DNA of 63,875 nt, from contig NC_091478.1 of NCBI RefSeq assembly GCF_036971445.1, positions 19,220,001 to 19,283,875 of the forward strand, read 5' to 3'. Both the position numbers and the translations under genes were made by a program. Below, piece after piece: positions 23,950 to 36,312 of the stretch. This DNA comes from Narcine bancroftii (lineage: Eukaryota). Under the pieces are notes generated by a model, which was not told the origin of the DNA, did not search any database, and was given only the letters and a program-made list of their open reading frames with translations. The stretch's first letter is position 1. Each line of letters opens with the position of its first letter.

Positions 23950-24385
23950 AATCAGACACCGACTCTTGTATCTCCCTCCACTGTGCACCACCCATAAATT
24001 GGAGGAGCAACACAATTTTCCATCTGGGCACTCGGCATTGGCTTCTCCAGTTTCTGCTAGACCACTTCCCATTCTCCCTCCCTTCTCTTTCCCTTTTGTC
24101 TTCTTTCCTGCAGCTCTCCACCCCCTTTCCTCTCAATTCACAGAGCCCTCCCCCTCCCCTTGCCCATTGGTGTGCACTCCCTCTCTTGCCTTTGGGACTG
24201 TGCTCCTCTCTGTGCCCCTCCCTCCCACTACTTTGTTCGGGCACCTGCCTACATTTTGTCATACCTCGATGAAGGTCTCAAGCCTGAAACATTGGTCATG
24301 AATCATTATCTTTGCGATGTAAAGTACACTGTTTGACCAGCATTGTGTTTTTACTTCAACCATAGTGTCTGCAGACTTTAGTGTT
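23950..24385 (+). mobile_element. Penelope-like 3' fragment with terminal repeat
   Basis: HKLEEQH motif, CT-rich tract, gatgaaggtctcaagcctgaaac terminal repeat. Confidence 0.65.
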
Positions 24386-25155
24386 TTGCTTTTTACCTAT
24401 ATGCTGCCTTGTCATTGGGTATTTCCAGCAGTGTCGGCCTTCTTCCAGAGGACATTTGGACAAGGGACAGGGTTGGTGGACAAGACATCCTCACAAAAGT
24501 CTGTCAAACTTAATTGGAAAATATAACATGGACAGATATGCATTGGACAGATGGCCACATAGAAGGTACAATTTCATTATCTTCCTTATCTATTTTAAAG
24601 TGGGATGTATCATTTAAACCTTTATTATAGTGAAGATCTGAAGAACATGATAAAATGCGTAGGTATTAACCATAGGCACCAACACCAGAAATGAAATCCT
24701 CAGCAACTGGAGACAGTAGTCATGACGACGTACTCTCAAAAGTGCCTGATAATTTAAGGCCCAGCATTTCCAGCTGCTAACCAACTCTAGTGCTAACTCA
24801 AGTGCTAGCCGCTGGTATTGGCGGATTTACAGGTCAGAGATAAAGCTGGCCCATTGGTCAGTTAAAGGCACTGTGATTATGTTTAAACACCCAGTTGGAG
24901 AAGTGTGGCCTGGGGTGCTTGGGAAGCTTGGGTTGTGTGTTTAGCGGGTGTTTGGAATTAAATTCACTTACTAGAATAAAAGGTCCGTTTAGTTAATAAA
25001 TCATGTTTGCACCCCTGTGGTGGTGAAATCAGGTGGGAAGGGGAAGAAAGGAGCCAAGAGGTCATGAGGAAGGGGCAGAGGGCTGAGAAAAATGCACTCT
25101 GATTGGAAAGGAAGGGGTGTTGGGGGGGGGGGGGGGGTAGTGAGAGGAACTAAGG

Positions 25156-25328
25156 CAATGGTTCTCAACCTTTTGTTTCCACTCACATACCACTTGAAGT
25201 AATTCCTTACTAACCACAGAGCACCAATGGCATATTATAGCTAACTCATCTATGCTATAGGTGCTCTGTGGTTAGTAAAGGATTACTTAAGTGGTATGTG
25301 AGTGGAAACAAAAGGATGAGAACCACTG
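25156..25328. mobile_element. hAT-type MITE, single palindromic unit
   Basis: TIRs caatggttctcaacc / ggatgagaaccactg; 8-bp TSD aactaagg / aactaatg (7/8). Confidence 0.85.
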
Positions 25329-25344
25329 AACTAATGTAAAGAAA

Positions 25345-25620
25345 CATATACACAATGCTGGAGAAGCTCAGCAAGTCAAACAGTGTCCTTTACGTAGCAA
25401 AGATAAAGATACATAACTGATGTTTCGGGCTTGAGCCCTTCATCAAGGTAGGATTTTGTTCGGATGCTTGCTAGCATTTTCTCATACTTTGATGAAGGGC
25501 TCAAGCCTGAAACATCGGTTCTGTATCTTTACCTTTGCTACTTAAAGGACACTGTTTGACTTGCTAAGCTTCTCCACTTTTGTGTTTTTTACTTTAACCA
25601 CGTTGATTGCAGAATTTTGC
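25345..25620. mobile_element. Palindromic PLE-derived element: two inverted terminal repeats, each with a hammerhead-like core
   Basis: Arms ~25359-25447 and ~25489-25577 are reverse complements, ~40-bp spacer; cores TTGATGA-A-GGGC-tcaa-GCC(C/T)-GAAAC. Confidence 0.75.
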
Positions 25621-25656
25621 AATTTAATACTGAACTAAAGTAGAAGCGACAGACAA

Positions 25657-26595
25657 CTAGGGAGGGGATAGAGAAGGAGAAGAGAAGGAGGAATGGGAGC
25701 CAGAGAGATAAGGGAAAGTTGTTGGGATATGAAAAGGGGGGAAAAGGGTTACTGGAAATTGGAGATCAGTATTAATGTCACTTGGTTGGAGACTGCCAAG
25801 TCTAAATATGAGGCACTGTTCCTCCAATGTAGGCATGGCATCAATCTGACAGTTCACGAGACTATGGACCAACATATCAGTGTGGGAAAGGGAGGTGGAA
25901 TTGAAGAGACTAGCCACTGGGAGATCCTTGCTGTTGCAGCGGATAGAGAGGGGGTGCTCAATTAAGCATTCCCTCGGTCTGGGTCCAGGCTCCCCCATGT
26001 AGAATGGGGATATAGTGAACTAATGGGAGCTGTTAGGAGAGAGAGGCAAAAATTCAAATCGGTCCAGATGGAACTGAAGAGTGGGGGCATTCCTTTACGG
26101 AAATATGACTTAAAGAGTTTAGAACCAGAAAGGGAGGGGAAAGAATGAATGGGGCCTGGGTGAGGGTGTGTGGGAAAAGAGAGCAAAAATGGGGGACAAA
26201 ATGAAGTGAAGTGAGGAAGGAATGGGGTGCAGTGCCTGATATTGGAATGATCAGTGTCACTGTATCCAACTGTTCTTATTGACCAGATTTTATTTTCCTT
26301 CTCTCCTTTCATCCAGATCACAGAGCCACCCCCTTCCCTATCAACTCTCACCTTTCCTCTCCGATCCACGTCCAATTATCATCCTGTGTCTGTTGGTCTG
26401 TGCATCTCCCTGCTCTTTCTTTCCTTCTCCCCAGCTTTCTAATTTAGGTGCCCGTCTGCTTTCTACCCTTACCTTGAAGAAGGACTCAAGCCCAAAATGT
26501 CAGTTATATATCTTTACCTCCTATGGACGCCGTGAGACCTGCTGAGTTTCTGTGTTTGTACCACAAGCACATCTCCAGACTTTCATGTTTCACTT
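25657..26595. mobile_element. Penelope-like fragments (minus ~25657-26000; plus ~26270-26595)
   Basis: TLEEQCLIFRLGSLQPSDIN peptide; terminal repeat cttgaagaaggactcaagccc..cctgctgagtttc. Confidence 0.65.
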
Positions 26596-26659
26596 AATTG
26601 ACCAGATAACCTTGTTTGCAATTAACCTCAGTAGTCACCAATTTTACCCAATCAACGAG

Positions 26660-27055
26660 AAATTAATTGGAGGTCAATGCACAGGACTATAAGAGTGGCA
26701 GAGAGGATCACTGGAATCTCCCTCCACCCCATCGATATGATTACTGGGATCGTCATCTGAGGAGGGTGCGCAAAATCATTGAGAATCCCTTCTGCCCAGT
26801 TGAGCGAGAGATACTGGTCTATCAGAGCCAACACCACCAGGCTGAGAAATAGCTTTCCACAGGCAGTGAGAATGCTGAATTACCAAAGGAACTGCTCATG
26901 CTAACCATCCAAGGCTCTCATATGTACAAAACAGTATTTATTTATTTGTATATTGTATGTGTGTTGTCTGGTTGTGTGTCTGCATGTTTTGCACTGAGGA
27001 CAGGAAAATGCTGCTTTGTTGGATTGTACTTGAACAGATGACAATAACTTGACTC
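26660..27055 (+). mobile_element. Rex1/Babar-like LINE 3' fragment
   Basis: DRHLRRVRKIIENPFCP, downstream TTRLRNSF-like end, and tail gacaataacttgact. Confidence 0.6.
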
Positions 27056-27219
27056 TTTCTGCAACTTTTACAAGCTTCTTTTGTCTACTTTTCAATCTTG
27101 ACAAAAGGTCTTCGACCTGAGGTATTGACTCCTTCTCTTTCCACGGCTGTGGCACATCCTGCTGGGTATTTCCAGCATTTGTCTGTAAGCATCAGCCCAA
27201 GGATGAGAGAAACATGATA

Positions 27220-28570
27220 GGCTGCAGACACTGTGATGCATTAAAAACACCAAAATACTGGAGAAACTCAGCTGGTCCTTTTCAGTATCTGTAGGAGACA
27301 AATATATTTTGCCAATGTTATGGACCTGAGCCCTTCTTCAAGGAAAAATCAGAAAAGGCAGAAGCCAGATAGATCAGAAAGTCTCAGAATTCAAACAATG
27401 GGGGAGGAATCCAGACCAACAAAAGGTGTTAATTGGATGTGATAAGGGACGAGGTAGAATTGATCATGTCTGTGAGAAAAGAGACAGGGAAAGGAGAGAT
27501 GATGGGGGAAGCAGGGGGTGATGGTAGTTGGGGTGGGGGTAAGTTTAATAAAACCAGAGATGTTGATATTAATGCTATCTGGTCAGAGGGTGCCCAGTCA
27601 GAAGATGAGGTGTTGTTCCTCCAATTTAGGATGAGGACAAATGAGGATTTCTATGTCAGATCAACAGAGATGTCCTCCTTCTTCAAAAATGTGGCTTTCC
27701 CTTTACCACCATCAAACTCAGCCCTCATCCACATATCCTCCATTACCCACACAGCTTCTCTGGCCCCCTCCACCCCCCCCTCCCCCCACATCCAACAAGT
27801 ATTCCTCTTGTCCTCACCTACCACCCTCCACATCCAACGCATCTTCCTCTACCATTTCCACCACCTACTACATGATTCCACCACTCAACACATATTCCCC
27901 TCTCCACCTTCTGCACCGCTCCTTCCATGACTCCCATGTCCGCTCCTCCCTCACCACCATTCAGGGCCCCAAACAGTCCTTCAAGTGAAGAAACATTTCC
28001 CTTGTGAATCAGCAGGGGTCACCTGCTGCATCCCATACTCCCGTTGTGGTCTCCTCTACATCAGAGAGACTGGATGCAGACTGTAATATTGCTTTGTTGA
28101 GCACCTCGGCTCTGTCTACCACAATAGTGTGGATCTCTCCCAGTGGCCACCTGTTTCAATTTCTCCATCCCATTCCCTTGACAACATATCTGTCTGTCCA
28201 TGGTCTCATGTACTGCCAGATGGAGATTGGAGTAAATTGGAGGAACAACACCTCATCTTGCGACTGGGCACCTTCCGACCAGATGGCATTAATATCAACT
28301 TCTCTGGCTTTTGTTAAATTCCCCCATCCCCTGCTTTCCCCATCATCTCTCTGTTCCCACAGACATGATCAATTCTACCTCGTCCCTTATCACATCCAAT
28401 TAACACCTTTTGTTGGTCTGGATTCCTCCCACCATTGTTTGAATTCTGAGACTTTCTGATATATCCTGCTTCCGCCTTTTGCTTGAAGAAGGGCTCAGGC
28501 CCGAGAAGTCAGCAACGTGTCTTTGTCGCCCATAGATGCTGAAGGGGCCGGCTGAGTTTCTCCAGCATCC
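27220..28570 (+). mobile_element. Penelope-like element with inverted pseudo-LTR (inverted copy ~27220-27630; sense body ~27640-28570)
   Basis: GIY-YIG region remnants (YIRETGCRL, KLEEQHLILRLGTFRPDGININFS). 27373-27474 is the reverse complement of 28358-28460 apart from one indel. Confidence 0.8.
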
Positions 28571-28577
28571 CGAGGAT

Positions 28578-28598
28578 TTCAGCACCACGGACAGAGCA
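28578..28598 (+). promoter_or_regulatory. RE1/NRSE (REST binding site)
   Basis: TTCAGCACCACGGACAGAGCA matches the consensus TTCAGCACCACGGACAGCGCC at 19/21, with both half-sites and 2-bp spacer intact. Confidence 0.8.
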
Positions 28599-28603
28599 AG
28601 GCC

Positions 28604-28622
28604 TTGCTGCCCCCTGGCGACA
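28604..28622 (-). promoter_or_regulatory. CTCF motif
   Basis: Minus strand TGTCGCCAGGGGGCAGCAA fits the CTCF core (C)CRSYAGRKGGCRS. Confidence 0.65.
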
Positions 28623-29744
28623 GCGGCAGCCAGGAGCGGTGGGGACGCCATCCAACGACAGCAAAGTCGCCTCCACCTCATGCAAGGGACCATGAACCTC
28701 ATTTGTTCTATTTCCAGCCCCCACCCCCCGCCACGAAAGAAACCCGGGAAATCGAAGGTATCCAACAGGCTGCATGCAAACTCAATTTAATTAATATAAT
28801 AGGATCATAGGTGTACACATGAATTAAAAGACGATTTGTTTAATTCTATAAGGTTAACGTGCTAATAAATGAGTTTTCATCTTTAAGCAGATGTTTCATT
28901 TTCGTGTTCATTCTTCCTTTAAAATGCTCGGGTTCCTGCAAAACAGTTTTAATTCAACTCGACCCATCACGGAAGAAATTCAGACTGGGCAAAATTCATT
29001 GGTTTGAATTAAGAGTCTCCTGCCATCAGCTTTCTTCTTAATAAATCCCAACATCAAACATCCCGAGGCCACGGTTCACTGGGGAGGAGGTGGCTGAAAA
29101 TTAGGACGCAGTCAACAGCAGCAACGAGGATGGAGTGGGGGAGAAGGTCTCCGTGGAGAGGTCGGCTCGGGACCCTCGCTCTGCTGCTCAGCATCGGGGG
29201 GTTCTTTCTCTGCGGCCGCATGGCTTCTTGGCTTGGCCACGGCAGCCCATGAGCAGGATTGTTGGTGCGGAACAAATCCGCCGACCTGCTGCCCCAGAGG
29301 CCTTTCGGCCAATCGAACATCTGCCGCCCCGCGAAGCAATTCCCCCCCGCCCCCACCTTGTGTGGATGATACGGTTTATTGTCCTTTGCGTTAGTTCAAT
29401 GTACGGATGCACCGAGTCTGTACTTTTATCTGCCCTGATCCGGGGCCAGTTGGACACTAATGTCCAGAGTCAAGGCGAGTTCAGTGCAAGACTTGGGGGA
29501 GCTTTCTAATAGAGGCGGTAGCGGGCTCCACTGCATCGCCCGCCACTGCTACACACCATATCCAGCATTTCATTCGCGTTTGAATCGTTTCACGAGGTGG
29601 CCGCTGTCGAGGAGGGGTGTGATTTTTAAATATATGTATCGAACTGCATTCCGTCAGAATCCACTCCTGTTCAACCCTCTCCTCCGTTATCCCGGTTCGA
29701 ATTTCCTGAACCACGTCCCTGCTCACCAGCGCCGCTGTATTAAG

Positions 29745-30190
29745 TCAAGTTTATTGTCATCTGATTACCCAAACACGCAGACACAACATGCATACAGATA
29801 CACAATACATGTGCAGGATGGGTATTCATACTGCACCCTCAATAAATAAAGGTTCGTGAATAGGAGGGTCTGGAATGGTCAGTGTGAGCAGTTCCTTTGA
29901 TCGTTCACCATTCTCACTGCTCGTGGGAAGAGGCTGTTCCTCAGCCTGGTGGTGCTGGCTCTGACCCTCCGACCCTCCTGTGTGAGGATCCTTAATGATT
30001 TTGCATATTTCCTTCAGACAACAATCCAGGTAGATCATGTCATGGTTGGGGGAGAGGGAGACCCCTGTGATCCTCTCTAATGGTCCTGTGGACTGACCTC
30101 CGATCTATTTCTCTGCAGCAACTATACCACAATGTGATGCAGCCAATTAGGATACTCTGGATAGACTGCCGAGAAGGTTGGTTGGTAGCA
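29745..30190 (-). mobile_element. Rex1/Babar-like LINE 3' fragment
   Basis: IQSILIGCITLWYSCC, IYLDCCLKEICKIIKDPH; tail gacaataaacttgactt. Confidence 0.7.
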
Positions 30191-33182
30191 GTGCAGTCAC
30201 TGTTGAGCATTCCTGACAAGTGAGGAACTGTTGTGTGCCCACAATTAGATGGGAGAGTGTTCAAATTGAAATGCTGCATTAGATCCTGGGAATAACACGG
30301 ACAGGGACATCTCCAAGGCAGCTGTGTGATAAAACGGCAAGCAAGGAAAAGAGGGTGGCTAAGTGGCATTGAATGAATTTGTGGCACACCCAAGTCCTCC
30401 TTTGGAGTGGAGATCCTGCTTGCTTCAAGACTCGGAGGCATCAACTGTCCCTATTGCTCACAGATGGAGCCTGACCCACCCAGTTCCTCCAACAGCAAAT
30501 CATGGGAAGCTTCAATGACTTAGTGGGTCAGGTGGTATCCGTGGAACAAGATGGTCAGTCGGTGGTTAGGGCTGGGCACTTAATTTGGCTCCAGATTTCT
30601 GTATCTGCAAGGCCTTCTCTCTCTTGGCTGGTAAGGTCTCTTGGTCTACCTTTCTGGGCCACAGCAGTTTTCTCTTTCCCCCACCTCCCTAACTCTCCTG
30701 GCCATAGTCTCCCATTCCCTTCTCTCCATGACTTGGCCTCCAGAGGATGAATCATTCCAGCCACTTCCACATTCCCACCTCTCTCCAGTTCAAGACCCCT
30801 CCTCCATTCTTCTCCCTTTGGTGAAAGGCATTCAGCCCATCAATTTCCAGTGTAGCCTGCCACACTGGTTCTCAGTCATTTCTTTCACCCACAGAACACT
30901 TCCTGTAGATCACCAAGAGTTTGAGCCCTTTCACAGACCACCAACAAATTTTTGTTTTGATGGACCATTTATTTGAAAAATTTCTTTTGTCATTCAGGTT
31001 TACAGCCTTGTTTCATATATTATTTATTTTAAAAAAAACATAGTATTTGCTTTGTCCCACCTGCAACAATCCCATGGACCCCCAGAAGTTTATGGACTGC
31101 ACATTGAGAAATATTGGATTACAACTTAGTAGAGGTAAAGTCAATCAGACCTCAGAAACATAAGTTTTCCACAGCCTACATGGCTTTCTTGGCTTCATGC
31201 ATCCACAGGACTGCCTTATGGCCCACCCAAGATAAGAGATTAGCACACCAAAAAAGTCTTTCTCTCTTGCACTTCCATTGGACATTGGAGGTGGTGGAAA
31301 TTTCACAACATCTGGGTACATCAGAGCATGAGATCTCCAAAGGCAGGTGATATTATTCTAAAGGAATAAATAGCAAGAGATTCCCTGGGCATGAGAACTG
31401 AACATCAAGCCATGAGTTAGTTACTTCTGCAAAGGCTTAAACTGACAGCCTGCTTGATGTCTCTGTCTGTGGAAAGATTATTGGCTGCAATGCCCTCCAG
31501 TGATTTACTCTTCTCAAAAAGACTAAGATTAAGCCCAGCCAAAAGAGAACTGCTACCAGATCTGCATGAAATGTAAAACTCCACTAAAACAGCACTCCCT
31601 TAGTTTATGAATTTTTAGATTTGAACAAAACTGCTTACTGTTTTAAAAGTATTCATGTTTGTTGAATCAAGGTAAGCCTTATTAAATACAAGGTTTACTT
31701 TGCAAATGATATTAAAGCAACTTGATAAGTTACACATTTACTTCATTAACTGGTTTACTTAGGTCATCCTGTCCCATGCTATTTTTCACCTCAATGTTTC
31801 AATTCTCATTATCAAATTTTCAACACAAACAATTGGCACAAATTCAAGTTTATTGTCACACCGACCAAGCTGCCATGATAAAATTTGTTTTGTAAGCAAT
31901 CCAGCTAAGCATCCTCTACATAGTACAGACAGTAAGAAACAGAGCAAGATCACTCAGTACAAAACAATGTCAAGCATAAAGTGAGTTGTGTGATGATCAT
32001 TCTGGATCTAATAATAGCAGGAAAGAAAGTGTCCTTAAATCTGGTGGCATGTGATCTCTTATTCCCAAATCTTCTGGAGGCAAAGTTAGGGTGGGGGTGT
32101 AAAGAGAATGTGATAGGCTGGTTGCTTTTCAAAGCAGTAGGATTTGTAGATTCAACATTATTTTATTGTCATGTAATAAAACAGAAAATACAAGGTTACA
32201 TGAAATGTCCTTTTATCTACCATAAGGCAAACAAAGATATGTTATCAGCAGAATTTGCCCATTGCCCCTTACAGTCAGACAAAGAAAAGCGAAAAAAAGA
32301 GTCCCTTCAGAGTCACCGAGTTTCCGTGAATTCACCTCCAGTGCTCCCACAGCCACACAGCCTTCAGTCCAAACCATTGGCCACCCAAGCTTCCATGTGC
32401 AAACCTCTGACATGATCAGGAAGCTTCCAGCACCTTCCCATACCTGGTCCCTCTTCAGCAGTCCGCATTCTGGTGTGAGTCCCTTGACCACAGTCACCAG
32501 CAGCCCGCAGCCTGTGTGGGTTCCTCGCCTCAAGTCACTAACAGCCTGTGCGTTCTTCAGCCTCAGAGTTCCTTGCCGGTCTGACCCCGTGGTCACCACC
32601 ACAAGGGTCGTCTTCTCTGTTTATCCTTCTCAAACGGGGTGTGGTCTCCCCTTTTTCTGGTCCTGTCCTCTGCTTTCCCGGAGTCTGCAACCTGTTGTGG
32701 CCGGTGCTGATCATAAGTGTTGTCATTTTGGGCCTAGTTCCCGCAGTCGCAGGTTTTTAAATGAACCACCATTGGCTCCTTTAACGTGCCATTTACAGAG
32801 TCAACGGCAGTCAGACTGGACAATTGGACCCTGTGGGGAAAACATTGCGTCTCAGCAGTGGAAGGGAGTGGCTTTGTATGACAGAATGAGCTGCCTTCAC
32901 AACCCTCTGTATTTTTAGCTGTAAAGGGTTCTAACAGCAAGTGGGAAAAAAATCTACTCTTCTCGAGACCAATTTTCTTTTTAAAATATTTTTATTGTTG
33001 TTTATATTAAATTAAACAGCACAGTTATATATTGGAATGTACAATTCAAAAGAAGAAAACAAAATATAAAGCGCTTATAATTCAAAACCCCTACCATTAA
33101 ACAAAGTTAAAAGCTAACACAAAGGAATCAAGTCACAACAAGCTGGAGATAGACAGCAAACAAGACATAATATTATTTAACC

Positions 33183-33184
<2 letters not shown>

Positions 33185-33254
<70 letters not shown>
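33185..33254. repeat. (TG)35 microsatellite
   Basis: Perfect dinucleotide run. Confidence 0.98.
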
Positions 33255-33255
<1 letters not shown>

Positions 33256-34129
33256 AGTATTGTCTTTCCATTTAATCAAAATTGCACGTCTGCCTATCAC
33301 TGAAATAAAAGATAAAATTTGGTTTTGAGTTGAAGTCAGTAAAACTTCATCATCTTGAAATGACCCATATGGATCAATTAAAGGGAAAGGTTCTAATTTG
33401 AACTCCAGATTCGTTGATAATGTTTGAAAGCTATCTTTCCAAATTTTTTCTAAACTAGGGCAAGTGAACCAAAGAGGCATCAGCAATTTTACATTTGTCA
33501 CATAGAGGATTTATATCTGAATAAAAATGAGATAATTTAACTTTAGACATATATGCTTTATGGACCAATTTAAATTGCAACAGTGTTGTGCACAAAAGGA
33601 GATCGTATTAATCAGATTACAAATAGAGTCCCTCTCCTCATCTGAGAATGAGAGATTCAAATCCTGTTCCCAATCATTCTTGATTTTAACAAACGAGACC
33701 ATCCTTAAATGAAGCAAATTATTGTAAATAAAGAGATACTAACTTTATGAGAAAGTTGTAAATTCAAAAATATACTAAGTATGTTTACCTTGGGAATTCG
33801 CAGAAAATCAGGGATCTGAGATTGAACAAAATGTCCAATTTGTAAATATCTAAAAAGATGAGGGTTCAAATGAAGCAAAATTGTTTCAAATAAAAAGATC
33901 TTTAAAACATTTAATACCCAATCTGTGCCAGTCATTAAAGACAGTGCAAAGAAGTTGGAAAAGATGATTAGATATAATAGGGTCAGGAAAGAAAAACTCT
34001 GCAATCCAAAAAAACCTTCTGAGTTGTGCCCATATTCTCAAACTATGTCTAATTATCAGATTATCTGTTAATTTATATAAAGGAGGATAAAAAAAAGAGG
34101 CCAAAGTTGCCAACATAGAAGTACTTTGA

Positions 34130-35662
34130 AAAGATGGAGGTATGGCCTACCAAATTTTAGATGTTATTATAGGACTGCTAATATTTGCTATCTAACTTTT
34201 TGGATTTTTAAAATTCTGATATATTGGATTGTCCATTCTGGACGGATTTAGAATTGAGATCTAAACAACAGAATTCAGTGGCCTCTTTATTGGGGGCCTC
34301 TCTTCCATTTAGCTTTTCCAAGATCAAAAGGAATATATCTTATCCAATACTCAAACAAATATTGCAAATCTGGTTCCAATTTAAGAATTGTATTTTAATT
34401 TTAAAAACTTTGTCTTATCTAGGGCTATCTCTTATAATTACTTTTTTTGACAATCAGTAGTTGATCAGTCTTTCTCTATATGGAAAATCAAGGTATTGTT
34501 TCTTTTTCAATTTTATTTAAGGTTGTTTAATGTCTTTTGAACAGAAAGCAAGTAAATGTGAGGTAACAAATACTCATTTTTTTTTAAGATATTTACAGAT
34601 TAGAAATTTCTTTAATACCATAATTACTGGATTTTCCATTTTTATATCCACCAGATTTAATTAATAATATTTTTCAATTGAATCCTTCTCAGAAAGGTTC
34701 AATTGGAATTATATACGATAGATTATTAAAATTACATCCAGTACTTCAAGATCCTTATCTGAGGATCTATGGGACAAGATTTTTAAGTTGGTAAATAGAT
34801 CTTCTAAATGTGCCAGGCAATACATTAATCCAATATGGAGTGGTGCCTTATGTTCACATGTCCAAACATAAATTGATTAGTATTTTTTCTAATATTAACC
34901 CTATGTGTGACAGATGCAAATCTGAAATTGCTACATTGACACCTATGTTTTGGCCTTGTTCATCCTTAGAAAAGTATTGGAAATAAATTTTTAATATCTT
35001 TTCAATTATACAACCCAATCCAATAACTGCTCTTTTCGGGTTATTAACCCAGACAGGGGGAGTTTTTGTTTGTACCTGTTCAACGGGCTGTGGCCTTCTC
35101 TACACTGTTGACTAGAAGAGCCATCCTATTCAAATGGAAAGACTGTAGACCTCCAACAGTGTTTCAATGGTTTTCTCATATTATGTCTTGTCTAAGCTTG
35201 GAAAAAATTAGATATCATGTATTTGGTGAAATTTGAAGATACAAGGTGACCTTTTATGTCTTATTTTCATAAGATGTTAATGTTTTGTATGTGATTAGAT
35301 GATTTATTCTTCCAGATAAGATATAGTCTTATCTTTGTTTATTGATTTATGGTAGGAACCAAAAACTACATAATATACGTAACCTCAGGATAAGATTCTC
35401 AGTTGGTTTTTTTTGTTAGTTTTTTAAAATTAGTGTATGTTAAGTGGGAGTTTTTTTTATAATACTTTTGATTTTTAAAAAATTTTCAGCCAATGGCAGT
35501 GGAGGGGGTCCAAGTTTATACTGTTTCCAGTTTTATAGATATCTCTCTCTCTCTATCTATCTATATATATAAAAAAGTGATTCTGTATTTTCAATTTCGT
35601 TCCCTTGTCTTCATTGTATTATATTTCCTATAAAAACCAATAAAAATGATTTAAAAAGAAAG
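34130..35662 (+). mobile_element. 5'-truncated L1-clade 3' fragment nested antisense in another L1
   Basis: PNFRCYY, CDRCKSEIATLT.MFW.C, RRAILFKWK; AATAAA and A-rich tail; flanking repeat agtactttga at 34120-34129 and 35668-35677. Confidence 0.75.
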
Positions 35663-36066
35663 AATTCAGTACTTTGAGTAAAATTCAGTTCCATTTCTAC
35701 CCATGGAGGGTGGTCAATTAGATTATCGAAGTATAACAAAAGAAGCAAATTGCATATATTGCCCGCCCAGTAATAAAATCTAAAATTAGGAAACACCAAT
35801 TCACCATTCCTTTTAGCTTTTTGAAGATGAGCTTTATTTAAGTGGGAGTTTTTCTCTTGCCATATGTAGGAAGATATTATCGAATCCAATGTCAAAAAAG
35901 GATTTGGGAATTAAATTTGGTATAGATTGGAAAATATGCAAAAATTTAGATATAATGTTCATTTTAATAAATATGACTATTCATGGAAATAGATAAAGGC
36001 GACCATCTTGATAGCAGTAATTTGAACTGATTAAATAAAGTAGAATTTTTTTTCTTTAAAAAGATC

Positions 36067-36312
36067 AAAGCTTGCTGCAAGAACTCTTTAAATTCTGCTG
36101 ATACAAATTGTGGGCCATTGTCAGAAAATATTGAACTGCACGTTTCACAAACATTTCTATGACTGATTCCACCTGCATTGAATTTGCCCATCGTTACTGA
36201 ATGAAGATCTACCGGGACCAATGCCTGAAGAGGGCGCACAAAATCAGTGAACCGGTGCGGACTCGAAAAGCCAACGTGGCCTGTTTCCGCTCCGTAAATG
36301 GTTATATGGTTA
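36067..36312 (+). mobile_element. Composite insertion: antisense Gypsy integrase fragment plus the same ~155-bp CR1-tailed element as 786-943
   Basis: 36161-36312 matches the reverse complement of 791-943 with 6 transitions. The adjacent minus frame reads IFSDNGPQFVSAEFKEFL (integrase core). The host L1 is collinear across the block. Confidence 0.8.

Larger units (their letters stand above)
28500..29750. promoter_or_regulatory. CpG-rich non-coding island (candidate distal regulatory element)
   Basis: CpG-dense stretch with no credible ORF, containing the RE1 and CTCF motifs. Confidence 0.5.

Noticed and set aside
24620-25030. LTR-like stretch with AATAAA motifs
   Set aside because: Could not define TG..CA termini or a TSD.
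32213-32918. 218-aa Ser/Pro-rich ORF and overlapping ORFs
   Set aside because: Low-complexity translation with a non-ATG start, inside a probable unclassified repeat; no domain.
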